DNA of 64,000 nucleotides, taken from contig OZ287755.1 of the NCBI GenBank assembly GCA_965649765.1, positions 43,028,001 through 43,092,000 of the forward strand, in the 5' to 3' direction. The translations under genes were made by a program, and so were the position numbers. This stretch comes from Bispira polyomma (Eukaryota). Every line of letters starts with the position of its first letter. Within the stretch, counting starts at the first letter, position 1. This document shows, one piece after another, positions 1 to 11,200 of this stretch. The notes beneath the pieces were generated by a model that was not told the origin of the DNA, did not search any database, and worked only from the letters and a program-made list of their open reading frames with translations.

Positions 1-126
1 TAAAGAGGCCATTTTTTTTTTTCTTAAATAGGTTTGTTAACCTTATCTTGTATAAACCTATACTGGTAACACTTTAAACTGTAACAAATGGCGACTAAAA
101 AGAAGATTAATGAGACAGACACATAC

Positions 127-274
127 TTTTTTGGTGGAACAGATCTGGATCTGTGTTTAGAGTTTTCCGTACTGGATGAGCCTGAATCACTTCCTGGGTT
201 GTTCTTCTTACTGGCCCTCTTTGCTTTGGTTGGCTTTCCAGGCTTTGGTGGTCTCCTTGTGGATGTCTTGACCT
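127..274 (-). CDS. Unidentified host gene, internal exon (VKTSTRRPPKPGKPTKAKRASKKN...RSRSVPPK); gene runs off the window
   Basis: tatttcAG acceptor, GTATGT donor, in-frame join with the previous exon, basic NLS-like content. Confidence 0.7.
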
Positions 275-883
275 CTGAAATAGGGTTATAGGGTATTCAT
301 AGTCAAGTGTATACCAGCACAAGTTTTGACTTTATCTGGTATTAAAAGAGCTATTACAGTAAGGAATAGTATATTCGCACCCAGAAACACACTCAGAATA
401 TGTTGTGTTTTTAGTAGAATTCAGAATTGTTGATTATATTTGGTCAAACTTAGATTTTTGTGACTATTCTGCCTTACATGCCTAAATTCCAGTTATTTTT
501 TGTCATGTTTTATTGATTTGGCTTTAATTTTAGGGGTGCAGAATTTCAGATAGAGTAAGGTTAATTCCTTACTCTAGCAGTTCACCAACTGTCCAAGTAC
601 AGCCAACCAAAACCAGTAATTGTCCCTAACTGAAGGCTGAGCCTTTAGGATGACACCATTCATCAACGTCCCCAATGGTCTTCAGTCTGTGACAGGGGAT
701 AGAACCCAATGACAGAGGGAAAAGTCATTTTAAAGTGGCCACTCAAACCACGTAGTATCTATGTGTACCGCGAGAGCACCAGGTTGCCATCAAACTAAGG
801 TCCTTTCTGATCATATATGAGTGTGTTACTCACTACACAACAATATTGAATCATACAATTTCAAATTTTCTAATAGTGCTAAC

Positions 884-1216
884 CTGTGTTTTGACTTTGT
901 GCTGTGACTTCACACCTGACTAGTTTAGCTTTGGTAGGCTTAGGACTGTCTAGAACACTGTCAGAATTTGACCTACACAGTGACCTCATGACCTCACGCG
1001 GTTGTCCTTGGCCTTCAGTCTCTGAGGTCACCTCACTGCTATCCTCACTACTCCCACTGTCCTGAGACAGTTGATTAAAGTGTAGGGCCTTTTGGCGGGT
1101 TTTCCTTTGGTTTTTTGGCTGAACAATTGTGTGGTGACATGGAGTGTGAGTGGTGGTAGTGTCTTCGTCCTTGACAGGTGTGTGCTCAGGGGTAAGTAAC
1201 ACAGAGGGAGGCTCCT
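884..1216 (-). CDS. Unidentified host gene, internal exon, Ser/Thr/Pro-rich disordered region
   Basis: tttatacAG acceptor, GT donor at 883, 333 nt open (part of ORF 879-1283), phase compatible with both neighbouring exons. Confidence 0.75.
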
Positions 1217-1454
1217 CTGTATAAAACAAACAACGGAAGAGATTAATCAAATGCAATAAAACTATGCTTATATGTGTAAACATGAATCAGAATAATCATT
1301 TCTAGAGTCAATTATCACTGGCCTACAGCACTCACAACCTATTAAACATACTCTGATATTATAGATAACTTTTTTAAAACTAGCGTTTTATTTTAGTACC
1401 TTCTCAAAAATTGGTTTTACATACATATAGGAATGCCATTAAAGAGGCCTTTCT

Positions 1455-1650
1455 AATCTAATCTTTATAGCACTTATCTTTGCGCTAGCAGATTCTAAGG
1501 CGTAGGAGAGAAAAAATCATTTTGACAATTTTATATAGCCATTAGACGTACAGGGGTCATGACTATGGAGACGCCGGAAAGGTAAGGATGCTAAGGTAGA
1601 AAAGCCTTGCTGAATAGGTAGGTTTTGAGCTTTCGCCTAAAACAGGTAAG
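1455..1650 (-). mobile_element. L2/CR1-like LINE 3' remnant
   Basis: Minus strand reads FRRKLKTYLFSKAFLP*, matching the C-terminus of the LINE ORF at 60835-61392, followed by a 3' UTR. Confidence 0.65.
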
Positions 1651-2582
1651 TAAGGAGGCAGGGCAAATATAAAAAACTATTGTTAAAATGTCATTTAGGG
1701 ACACTTAAGGCATCTGCGCCTTGTATTGCATCGACACGTATTGAGAGAAATAAATATAAAATAGAACCTGCTGTTAATTGAAGTTGAGAAGCTATTGAAT
1801 GGCAAAGAAAACAAACAAGACAGACGTATGTAATAAAATATTACATTCAGTCTCACTACTAGTTCCAAACAATATAGCATAAAAACACAACGACACGTGA
1901 ACACTTACTAAAACACAAGAGACGTACAAAATTCAGATATTGTTTCAAGCTCTACATAAATTACAACCCACAGCATCTCTTTACATGTTAGAAAGGTCCC
2001 AGCTTGATATCCAATGTAGCAATGTTTGATTTAAATTCAACGGGTAGCAATGCTTGATCTAACCTAAATGGTAGTACTGCGAGTTCAGTGCAATAAAGGA
2101 ATTCAGTGTTCGGTACATTCCAAACTTAGTTCGGTTTGTGATAGAATTTTTATGTCAAATCTGTGGTGAACTCAAATATCTTCAAAAAGTTATAAAAAAC
2201 TCTCCAGTTGACTTTATATTAATGCATTTCATCATAATTCACCTAAAAACGATTTAGATACTTTTAATTCTGCACAACATACATCAAAACATCAGATATT
2301 TATAACTCCTCTATTTGTAAAGAACTAGGGCCATATTGGCGACCACAAAGACTAAATCCATTAAAACTTAAAAGTATAGCTAGCTATTGTTTTTCTTTGT
2401 ATAAAGAACGGAATGGCGCTAACAATTTTTTTAATAAATTGTTTTACACTTAATTTTGCGTTAAAAGCTCATAAAAATGAAGATCGTCACAGCACTAATA
2501 AACGGGTAACAATGCTTGATCTTACCCAGACAGGTAGCAATGAGTGATCTCACCTAAACAGGTAACAATGCAAAACACAAAC

Positions 2583-2661
2583 CTTGGCCGTTTGTTTTTA
2601 CATCTGTATGTATTCTTTTGGGACTCCTGCTGAAGTATTGCCGCAACTGTGCTTCAGCCAT
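2583..2661 (-). CDS. Unidentified host gene, probable first coding exon (MAEAQLRQYFSRSPKRIHTDVKTNGQ)
   Basis: ATG in caagATGG context, open frame, GT donor at 2582; the phase-1 end joins in frame with exon 884-1216. Confidence 0.6.
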
Positions 2662-2761
2662 CTTGAGATCTTTAATACAAATGTAATGTTAACCGTATAG
2701 ACAGGTGATGAGTCTTCAAAAGGACTACACCATTTTGAAATAGAATAAACATAATGACTGA

Positions 2762-3386
2762 ACTGTAGAATCCCACTGACGGAAGTGGAAATATTATAAT
2801 TAATAGTTAATTACCATAAAATAGCAAATATTTAATAATTTATTTGCATGAATTAATATAAGTAATAATTAAGAGAAAAAAACTGAACAATGAAACTTAC
2901 TATAAATGTTATAGGTGGACAAGGTTGACAAAATCTTAAATCAGATATTTGCTAAATAATTTTTTTTTATATATTTTTTTTTTTTTGGTAGATAAGGTCG
3001 ACCAAATATTACTACAAAAAAAAAAAATTTTTGTCGACCTTGTTACCTCAACTTTGTTACCAACTTTGTTGGCCTTGTCGACCTTATCAACCTATCTACC
3101 TCAGGTTTCACAAATACTTATATAAACATTTATTACAAAATTAAAATAAATTGTCTGCCTTGTCAACCTGTCGACTTTGTCTACCTATCTACCTCATAAA
3201 CTCCATATGTATAACTTTGTTTTGTCAACCTTGTATACCTTGTATACAGCGCAAACTCATTATTTCTATATTATCTTGTCAACCTGTAACCATCCTCTGC
3301 CATATTAACTATATAATTTATGCACATTAATTGAATAAATGAAATTAATTATAATATTTCCACTTCCGTCAGGGGGATTCTACAGT
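2762..3386. mobile_element. MITE with about 40-bp terminal inverted repeats
   Basis: actgtagaatcccactgacggaagtggaaatattataattaat ... attaattataatatttccacttccgtcagggggattctacagt; the interior has gtcgacc/gtcaacc inverted subrepeats. Confidence 0.75.
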
Positions 3387-3678
3387 CGATCCAACATAAC
3401 AACTAAACCATAAAACGAAGTAAATTTTAAATTAAATAGGAAAAACAACCTATTTTTTTGGTCATCGACTTTAGGGAGCCATATGTAAAATAACATAAAA
3501 ATAATAAATTCGTAAAAATAACAAGTTCCTCGGTCAAACATGGAATATTTTCATTATTTGCAGATAAAAATAGAAATTTTGTGATAATTAATAATTAGGA
3601 GCATTGTAAACAGATTGGCATAATAAAAAGGTTATATTTATTGGTGTGAAGAAACTTATTTATTTTTGATATTTAGTA

Positions 3679-4290
3679 CGACGAAACTATTTCCCCGTGT
3701 AACGGGGAATTAGTATTCAGTTCTAATTCCCCGTTCCATGATAAATTAATGCAAGTATTAATGCAAATTAGTACTACAAGTATTTAATATACGTTGGGTC
3801 CACAATATATATTCTAAACTCACATATCTGCAGACCTTGTTTTTATTACTTTTTTTTTATTAAGTCTGTGGTTGATGTATACCTCGGAAGTGAAGCACAT
3901 GTATGAGCGACAATGGCAGAATTTAATGCAAATGAAGCAATCTATCATCATGGAGATCACCCAGAAGCCCTGACTTCTATATAAGGATATTTAACTATCT
4001 CTGACCATTGACTCGGCAAGAACCGCTAACATATATTATACCTTATATTTACACATATTTAACCTGGAAGGAAGTAATTAATGGAAGTCCCTGACAGTAG
4101 CTATATTTATTTCTAGCAAATATGTGTACATACTTACATAAGTTGATGAAATAAATTTACACATTTAACCAATCAATATTTTATTACTTGTTTTTTTTTG
4201 GTGCTGTGGAAGTATAGTAATTATTTACCGTGGAACGGGGAACTAGAATACAAAACTAAATCCCTGTTACATGGGGATAAAGCCACTCCG
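3679..4290. mobile_element. MULE-like MITE
   Basis: Imperfect TIRs (ttccccgt/acggggaa blocks), 9-bp flanking duplication tatttagta/tatttatta; core shared with 44600-45115. Confidence 0.65.
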
Positions 4291-4474
4291 TATTTATTAT
4301 GTGGTTACTTACGCCATTGACTTACGGGACAGCGAAGATATTAGTCATTTAAAAACGTTAAGGTACAATTTGTTAAGGGAGATGTTAAAATATTATTTTG
4401 TAATATAAATGTATAAAAATGGCGAATATCAAATTTAGAAAGTCTTATTAAGTCAACAAGACCCAACTATATAA

Positions 4475-4838
4475 GCCAATTCAGCATTTCGAGTGTGCAT
4501 CGTCTGCGCAGATATTGTCAGGATAAATAAAGCCACGTGTGAGCGATAACGACAGAGTATTTAAAAATGTCGGCAATTTCTTTCCACTTCAACTTTTAGA
4601 AACAATAAAAACAATTAATATAAAGCATTAATATAGGCAATTTTGGTCTCTAGAGAAAGGTTTTGATGAGGGCTTCCTGATTTTAAGTTCAGTTTTTGAA
4701 TAATTGTACGTTATAACATTTAATTTTAGAAAATGTAAATACGTGATCAGTTTCAGTTAGCTTTCGATGGTTTGTTTATCCCGAACCGGAAGTGTCTGCT
4801 TTAATGTTGCACATGCGCTCTCGAAATGCTGAATTGGC
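4475..4838. mobile_element. PIF/Harbinger-like MITE
   Basis: TIRs gccaattcagcatttcgag / ctcgaaatgctgaattggc flanked by TAA and TTA. Confidence 0.6.
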
Positions 4839-5542
4839 TTATTGTTAAAGTAGAAACTATCCCCATCCTCCTAAAAAATCATGCTCCAAAAACCAATGAC
4901 ATCAGAGAAGCAAAGCAAGTAGTCTCAAAAATACAGCAGAAATGAAGAATAACCAGAATTTCATCACACACCCCAGGTTGGGGGTCCTAATATACTATTA
5001 TCACCCACTTAAAGTGTCAGAAAAACTTTTTAGGAAAATACATGGTATCAAAAAGTACATATTAAGTACATCCCCACCTAGACAAATACATACTACAAAA
5101 AAGATACAACTTACTTGCCGAGTAACTAAACTTACGCGGTTTAAAAATTTATAATTGTTTACTTTTGTCCATTTAAATTTTAGATTTATTTGATTGGTCG
5201 CTTTCTTTCGCTTCGTTGTTCGAGGTAGCAACTAACTATCGTAGGCTTAGGAGAATATTGGTAGGTATTATCTTCCCCGGAATGGCCAAATCTGACATTT
5301 TAAAATATGTTTTGTCTCACAAGGGGAAGAAAATCATTTTCTCTAGCACTGCTTTTAATTGATTAATACATATTTTTGGACAACAAGATCAGAAAAAAAC
5401 TCTGTAGAAGCAAGGTCACAAACCCCCCCATTTTTATCACATTTTTTTTTAATGTCAAAGCTCATACTTTTTACATGATGTAACTAAATGTAAACTGTTT
5501 TTTTCATAATTATTATGAAGTAATATTTTAATGTATCTGACT

Positions 5543-5707
5543 TGTTAAGTTTTATGCAATACCTTTAACCAGCTTTCAGTTGTTGGGCGGACTAAGAATT
5601 TTCCTCAAATATCGGATGACCTGTGAGTACCCTTGAAGAAGAGAAATAAACTTTGTTATGTTTTTTTCCTGTGTTTTAGCGAAACCTAACCATAACAGAA
5701 CAGAACA
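5543..5707 (+). repeat. 5' LTR
   Basis: TG...CA ends, homologous to 30135-30294 (tgttgggcggactaagaat...gatgacctgtgagt...aacagaaca). The 5' boundary is approximate. Confidence 0.8.
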
Positions 5708-5720
5708 TGGTGTCAGATGT
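5708..5720 (+). promoter_or_regulatory. Primer-binding site (tRNA-Leu type)
   Basis: TGGTGTCAGATGT directly after the LTR, close to the TGGTGTCAGAAGT Leu PBS of Mag-like elements. Confidence 0.7.
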
Positions 5721-5894
5721 GTTCACTAAACCTATAGTTGTGCTTGTACTATGTGCTTGTAGCACTTATACATGCTTGTGTACTTCTTCTGTGGGGTGTT
5801 GAGGTATCCTGAATCCTGTGCCTAAGTGAACCTGGTAACTGTGTACTTTTCCATTGTGGTGTTGAGTGATACTCAATCCTGTCCTAAGTGAACC

Positions 5895-6443
5895 ATGGAA
5901 AACATACAGCCCCCTCAATCTATGGACTCTACAGCCCATGCAAATTTGGTTGACAGTTGGCAAAGTTTTAAAGACAGATTTAAATTATATTTACAAGCTT
6001 CTGGTGCAGGTAAGAAGGAATCAATCCAGGTGGCTATTCTTTTGCACACCATGGGAGAGCAGGTGATCGAAACTTTCCGCTCGTTCACATTTGACCCTTC
6101 AGAAAATAAGGAAAAGTTATCGCCAGTGATTGAAAAAATTGAGGCCTATTTTACACCAAAGACTAATGTAGTGTTACAGAGGTTCAACTTCAACAAGGCC
6201 ACCCAGGCTGAAGGAGAGCACACTGAAAGCTATCTGGCTCGTCTGAGGACATTGATCAAAACTTGTGAGTATAGTGATTTTGCAGATTCCCTGATCAGGG
6301 ATAAGATTGTTGTTACCACAACCAATAAAGGTTTAAAGGAAAGATTACTGAGGGAAGCAGATTTGACTTTGGGAAAATGTATCGATCTCTGTAAAACAGC
6401 AGAGGCAAAAAGACGCCATATTGAGCAGCTTCAACAGGGTACT
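5895..6443 (+). pseudogene. gag: Gypsy gag, 5' part
   Basis: W..FK.RF..YL.ASG and LIRDKIV...LKERLLREADLTL motifs; cut off at the Maverick TSD. Confidence 0.9.
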
Positions 6444-6622
6444 AGTAGTAGTAGGGGGAGTGATTCACGCTGATGATTAGTGCCCAATTTGTGCCCAATC
6501 CCATATACTTGTGCACAAAATGAAAAAAGCCCGTGACCTTGAGTCTTTTTGCCCTCTTATAGATTTTTTACTTTGATTGAATACATTATGATTTTGCTAC
6601 CTCCACATACTACCACCTTCTT

Positions 6623-7087
6623 CTAAAAACCTCCAAGTTGGAACATGGGTTCTAATTTAGGTGCTACTTTTAGTACAGCATTCTTGTAACAGAAGCTTTC
6701 TGTCCTTTCTACTCTCTTCCACATTTTAACTATTTGTCGCCAATCACTTACAGTTAAAGAGAATTCTCTCCCTCCACTGAATATTGAAAGGTATATTATA
6801 TCCCTCGGAAACTTTCTGAATTTGCCCATTTTATTATAGGAGAGTTCTTTCGTTATTCTAATTTTTTCAGATTCACTAATAGGAATTGACATCTTTGTAT
6901 TTTCTCTCCTTATCGCCTTGTTGATAGTGGGTATACTTCTGAATAATTTTTTGTAGCTTTCATCTCTTATTGTTATGTTGTTGAAACCAAAATATTTATT
7001 TCTTTCACTGAAAGATTTTCTTTTAATATTCAATGTTCTTCCCAATATGTCTTTTCCAATATCTACCGCAGTCTTTATTTGAGCCAT
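6623..7087 (-). CDS. Maverick hypothetical protein, possibly tandem PC4-like ssDNA-binding domains (intact copy)
   Basis: 154-aa ORF; ITIRDESYKKLFRSIPTINKAI and FSLTVSDWRQIVKMWKRVE resemble the PC4 ISL..EQW..L helix motif. Confidence 0.6.
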   Translation of the reverse strand: MAQIKTAVDIGKDILGRTLNIKRKSFSERNKYFGFNNITIRDESYKKLFRSIPTINKAIRRENTKMSIPISESEKIRITKELSYNKMGKFRKFPRDIIYLSIFSGGREFSLTVSDWRQIVKMWKRVERTESFCYKNAVLKVAPKLEPMFQLGGF

Positions 7088-7155
7088 TTTTACAAATGAA
7101 TGAAATTTTTATGAAGTCTACCTCCCTCTTATACCTTATTACTTTATTTGTATAG

Positions 7156-7503
7156 TCAAGTAACCTTTTTTTCAAATTTTAATCTCACCGCATTCAAACC
7201 TTTTGTTCTTTTTATGCTAAAGTGGTAGCTGCTGTCTGTGTCATATAATTTAATGAATAGTTCTTTCATTGTTAATTCTTTTATTTCAAAACATAAATGA
7301 ATTCTTTCACTTATGTTTATTTTATGTAACAAAACCAAATGTGTAGTTCTTTGACATATACTCTTGTAAAAGATTTGGTTCTTATAGAACTCTGTTAAAT
7401 CTCTTAGTTCTAAAGCATTTTGAAATCCTTCACCTTCTTTCTTCCAACTCATAATGGCTTTTGAATCACAATCTGGATTGTTTATTGTCAATAAATGTGA
7501 CAT
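7156..7503 (-). CDS. Maverick hypothetical protein (115 aa)
   Basis: ATG-initiated ORF with identical translation in both arms. Confidence 0.7.
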   Translation of the reverse strand: MSHLLTINNPDCDSKAIMSWKKEGEGFQNALELRDLTEFYKNQIFYKSICQRTTHLVLLHKINISERIHLCFEIKELTMKELFIKLYDTDSSYHFSIKRTKGLNAVRLKFEKKVT

Positions 7504-7616
7504 TTTAAAATTACTGTGTTTGTGTTGTTGTTGTTTTTTTTCCTATTCTTTAAAGGTGAAATGAGAACAACTATTTTTTTCTAAACTACCTTTATTTTCA
7601 ATATTATTTACACGAA

Positions 7617-7619
<3 letters not shown>

Positions 7620-7655
<36 letters not shown>
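7620..7655. repeat. (TA)n microsatellite, mirrored at about 25342-25377
   Basis: Read directly from the sequence. Confidence 0.9.
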
Positions 7656-7658
<3 letters not shown>

Positions 7659-7730
7659 CAAAATAAAATACACAAATCACCATACATATAATATTATTTA
7701 CAACACACTATGAACATATTTCTAAACTAT

Positions 7731-8408
7731 TTAGTCATCTAACAGAATCATTTTTATGTAACCACAGTCTTTTGAATGTCTTTGATGTTCGGCTAAGGGC
7801 TCGTCCAGGTACTCCCAGGAATGAAGAATTATAGAACACCAGAGGCACTGACATCTGTCCCCTAAACCAGTGTACATCAATCCAGCTCTGGCTAACTTTT
7901 CTGGTTTTACTATCTTGCCATCGCTCCACCCTCTGTAGCTTTCCAGACGATTTTGATACAACTTATAATTACCTCTTTCAATTTTTGTCAATTCACTAGG
8001 GAATACAGTTTGCACGTATTCGCAATTCGGGTTGAGTTTGGAGTGCATTTTCAACGGTTCATCAAAGTAATTCCAGTTCTTCACCTGCATGTAACACCAC
8101 GGACATACACAACTGTCACCATAACCAGTGTATCGAAATCCCCCCCTGGCTGCATCCTCTCCACTCACTCCAGTACTTTTTGGCCAACCTCTGAAACTTT
8201 CTAATCTGTTTTTGAAGATTTTGTAATCTAGCCAATCCCTAGTCATAGCCAGTGATTCTTCCTCACATTGGAAATTGCGGAACTTTTTTGTCAGTTCACT
8301 TATTCTGTCTTGCATATCTATTCTTCTTCTATAACTAGATGCAGAGGCTGCAACAACACAGTCAGTCTCATCTTCCCTTGCTCTCCTTTGAGTTGTATTC
8401 TCTGCCAT
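7731..8408 (-). CDS. IAP-like protein with two BIR domains and no RING (intact, intronless)
   Basis: Two RLESF/Y..W...LA.AG/GF.YTG.GD.C.C.WC...H...C motifs; likely ATG at 8408 downstream of a TATAAA box. Confidence 0.92.
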   Translation of the reverse strand: MAENTTQRRAREDETDCVVAASASSYRRRIDMQDRISELTKKFRNFQCEEESLAMTRDWLDYKIFKNRLESFRGWPKSTGVSGEDAARGGFRYTGYGDSCVCPWCYMQVKNWNYFDEPLKMHSKLNPNCEYVQTVFPSELTKIERGNYKLYQNRLESYRGWSDGKIVKPEKLARAGLMYTGLGDRCQCLWCSIILHSWEYLDEPLAEHQRHSKDCGYIKMILLDD

Positions 8409-8519
8409 CTTGTTTCCTTTCTGACTGCAATGTGGTTGCTTTCCCAATTTATATCCTTTTTTTAATATTGAGTCATTTTCTTTTATTTCACTAAAACATT
8501 ACTCACAATTCATAATTTA

Positions 8520-8800
8520 TTCATCAATTACATCATCACTATTTACCTTGTCAGCATTGTTTAACCAATTACCTCATCATTATTTACTTTGACTATTTAT
8601 CCAAATACTCTGTCATTATTTACTTTGACAGCTTTGTTTAACCAACAACCTCATCATTATTTACTTTGACAACTTGACCAAATAATGTCTCACTATTTAC
8701 TTTGACAGCTTTGTTTATCCAATTACCTCATCATTATTTACTTTGTTCATTTAACCAAATAATGTGTCAATATTTACTTTGACAGCATTGATTTATCTAC
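8520..8800 (-). repeat. Array of about 36-41-bp degenerate repeats upstream of the IAP (mirrored at about 24200-24470)
   Basis: Recurrent (TG)TCAAAGTAAATA units. Confidence 0.85.
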
Positions 8801-8839
8801 TTTGATGGTAATTGATTAAAAGGTTAAACCATTGGCATT

Positions 8840-9286
8840 TTAAATGAACTTTGAAATATAAAATGATTTTATATTCACATCATTAACTTTATAATCTTTA
8901 TCGAAAGTCTTTAAGATATCAGTATAGCTCTTTCCCCTACATTTATGGTAAGCGTAATATAGACAATATTCCCCACATAACATGCTCTTGTAACTTTGTA
9001 CTCTTGCGTTATTTTTGCTATAACTATCCTGATGTCTCAACACAAAATTTTCAAAACTTTTCGGAGCTAAATCACCTAAAGAATCAAAATATTCCGCCTC
9101 TTGTTTATTTACATACATTGCTACCCAATGTTCCCCTTCATGAGGGTAAGGTTTTGTGTTTACAATCAGAATTTTAGGTAAATTTTGAAATTTTACTGGT
9201 AATTCATTTGCTGCATATACACCGCCATAATATTTGCTGATGAATCTATCATTCAACATTTTTTCTTTTATCTCAGAAATATTCAT
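8840..9286 (-). CDS. Adenain-like cysteine protease (left copy, intact)
   Basis: IVNT...GEHWVA...EYFDSLG...VQ.....LCGEYC, giving the His-Asp-Gln-Cys catalytic set. Confidence 0.93.
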   Translation of the reverse strand: MNISEIKEKMLNDRFISKYYGGVYAANELPVKFQNLPKILIVNTKPYPHEGEHWVAMYVNKQEAEYFDSLGDLAPKSFENFVLRHQDSYSKNNARVQSYKSMLCGEYCLYYAYHKCRGKSYTDILKTFDKDYKVNDVNIKSFYISKFI

Positions 9287-10381
9287 TGTTCTACAACTCT
9301 TGCCTCATCAATAGTTAACATAGATGGGAAACGAGCATATAATATTGCAGTCACACTTTCTACTAAAGCTTTTCCAAAATTTACAGTTATTCTTGTGTGA
9401 CCCTTTTTACGTTCTGATTTAAGTTCACCACTCACATTACTGTCTATATTAAACACATAAAGACAATATCCATTCGGATAATCTGTATATTTAATAAGAT
9501 TGTTCTCATTTTCACCATATCTCCCATAAAACAAGCTATTATATGCTTCTGCGTATTATCCTCCAGTAAAAGTAGGTCTGTTAGACAAATATCCTTCTTT
9601 ATAATTTGGTCGAAGTGGTCTGCATGGAACGGGCACACCATCTACACTGAATTCCAAGTAATTTAAATGGTAGTGATGAAATTTAAATGGATTTACAGTA
9701 TAGCTACCGCTATAACCTTCTCCTGGAACAAAACCCACAATTAATTTGCTAGGAACCTCTCCATGAAAAATTCCATCATCACTCCACATCATATTACCTT
9801 TTGGTATGGTAAAAGTCTTAAATTCGCTTTGCCAGAAAGGGTATAATGCTGGTCCCATCTTCAAAGCCTTTGCATGAGCTAGTACGAGCTCGGGACTTAA
9901 TTTTACCTGACAGATCTTTAAAGCGGCATTAATAATTTCTATCTTATACTCCTTATCTCCATCCTTTGCCATTAATCTGAATCTATCAGTGCTGGGATAT
10001 AATTTTAGATTGATCTGCACTCCGTTTACAATGAGTCTATCTTGATCGGCAATATCCACATGTAAGGGGCCGTATAAGTCCACTACTGTGCTTGCTGCAC
10101 ATCTGTCTTGTCTAGTAGCAAACCCTATATTGTCATCTCCAGTTACATCATTATGAGTAGCAGCTGTGTCATTTGCAACCAATTCATTTTCCAACTGTCC
10201 CTGCTGACTCACAAAACTATTATGTAACCATACATCTATCAAACTTTTGTATGGATAGTTAATTCCAACACCTGGTGAAATATTGATTTGCTGTAGAGTT
10301 AGATCTGCCTGACGAAAGAGAGAATGTAATGTTAAATTGACGGGACCAACTATAGCAGTCGACCCTAAGTCACTTCCATTA
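9283..10381 (-). pseudogene. Major capsid protein, C-terminal two-thirds (left copy; N-terminus missing, TAA at 9556-9558)
   Basis: VGPVNLTLHSLFRQ, GPLHVDIADQDRLIVNGV and NPFKFHHY motifs typical of Polinton major capsid proteins. Confidence 0.9.
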
Positions 10382-10666
10382 GGCTTCTGTCAATCTCTGT
10401 GTTAATGAATTCACTACCCCAAAGTTATACATACTATCATCTTTAACCATACATTATAAAATAACTTTACTTGTAACTTACTCATAACACCACTGTCCTA
10501 AACATAATATAATTTGAAATTCAAATAATAGAGACTGTAGCTGGAGGTAAAAGAATAATATCATATATAAAGAAATTTGGAAACCCAGAACATTCTAATA
10601 AGGCATACTAATAAAATTTAAAACTCATCTTCCTCTTGTCATATTCCTTAATTTACCCAAATTAAT

Positions 10667-11148
10667 TTAGAATTCATCCTCCTCTGTTTCTTTCCTAGAT
10701 AATGACCTGGTCACCATCCTGTTTGCACCCTTACCTTTACCCCCTTCCTTGTCTACCTTAGTTTTAACCTGAGTTTCAGAATTTACTGGGGAGGGCCTTA
10801 TAAACAATGTGGTTTCTTCCTCGTCATTTTGTTCAACTTCCCCCATATCAAATGCTGGTACCCTAAACATAACACCCTGTCCCCTACACCTTTTACATCT
10901 AACCAAAATAAATATAATCACTGTGGGAATACCTCCAGCTACAGCCCCTATCAGTAAACTTATTTCAACAATGTGTATTGTTTCTCTCTTGTTTTCCTCT
11001 GCTTCATCATCACCCTCCTGTCCATTCCTCTCCTCTTCCTTCACTTCCACCCTCCCCTCTTCCTTCACTTCCTCCCTCTCCTCTTCCTTCACTTTCACCC
11101 TATCCTCCTCCTTCTCCTCCTCTTCCCCTTCATCCTCGCCTGGTTCAT
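10667..11148 (-). CDS. Glu-rich single-pass membrane protein fragment or exon
   Basis: Acidic tract, hydrophobic ISLLIGAVAGGIPTVIIFILV followed by RCKRCR stop-transfer; preceded by an acceptor-like tattgtAG and no good ATG. Confidence 0.55.
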
Positions 11149-11200
11149 CTACAATATAAAATACATATACCACTTATTAATATTTTTTTACTCTATTTAG

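Larger units (their letters stand above)
6444..10753 (-). repeat. Left arm of about 4.3-kb inverted repeat
   Basis: Reverse complement of 22246-26542 at about 99% identity by eye; paired ORFs in the ORF track. Confidence 0.97.
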
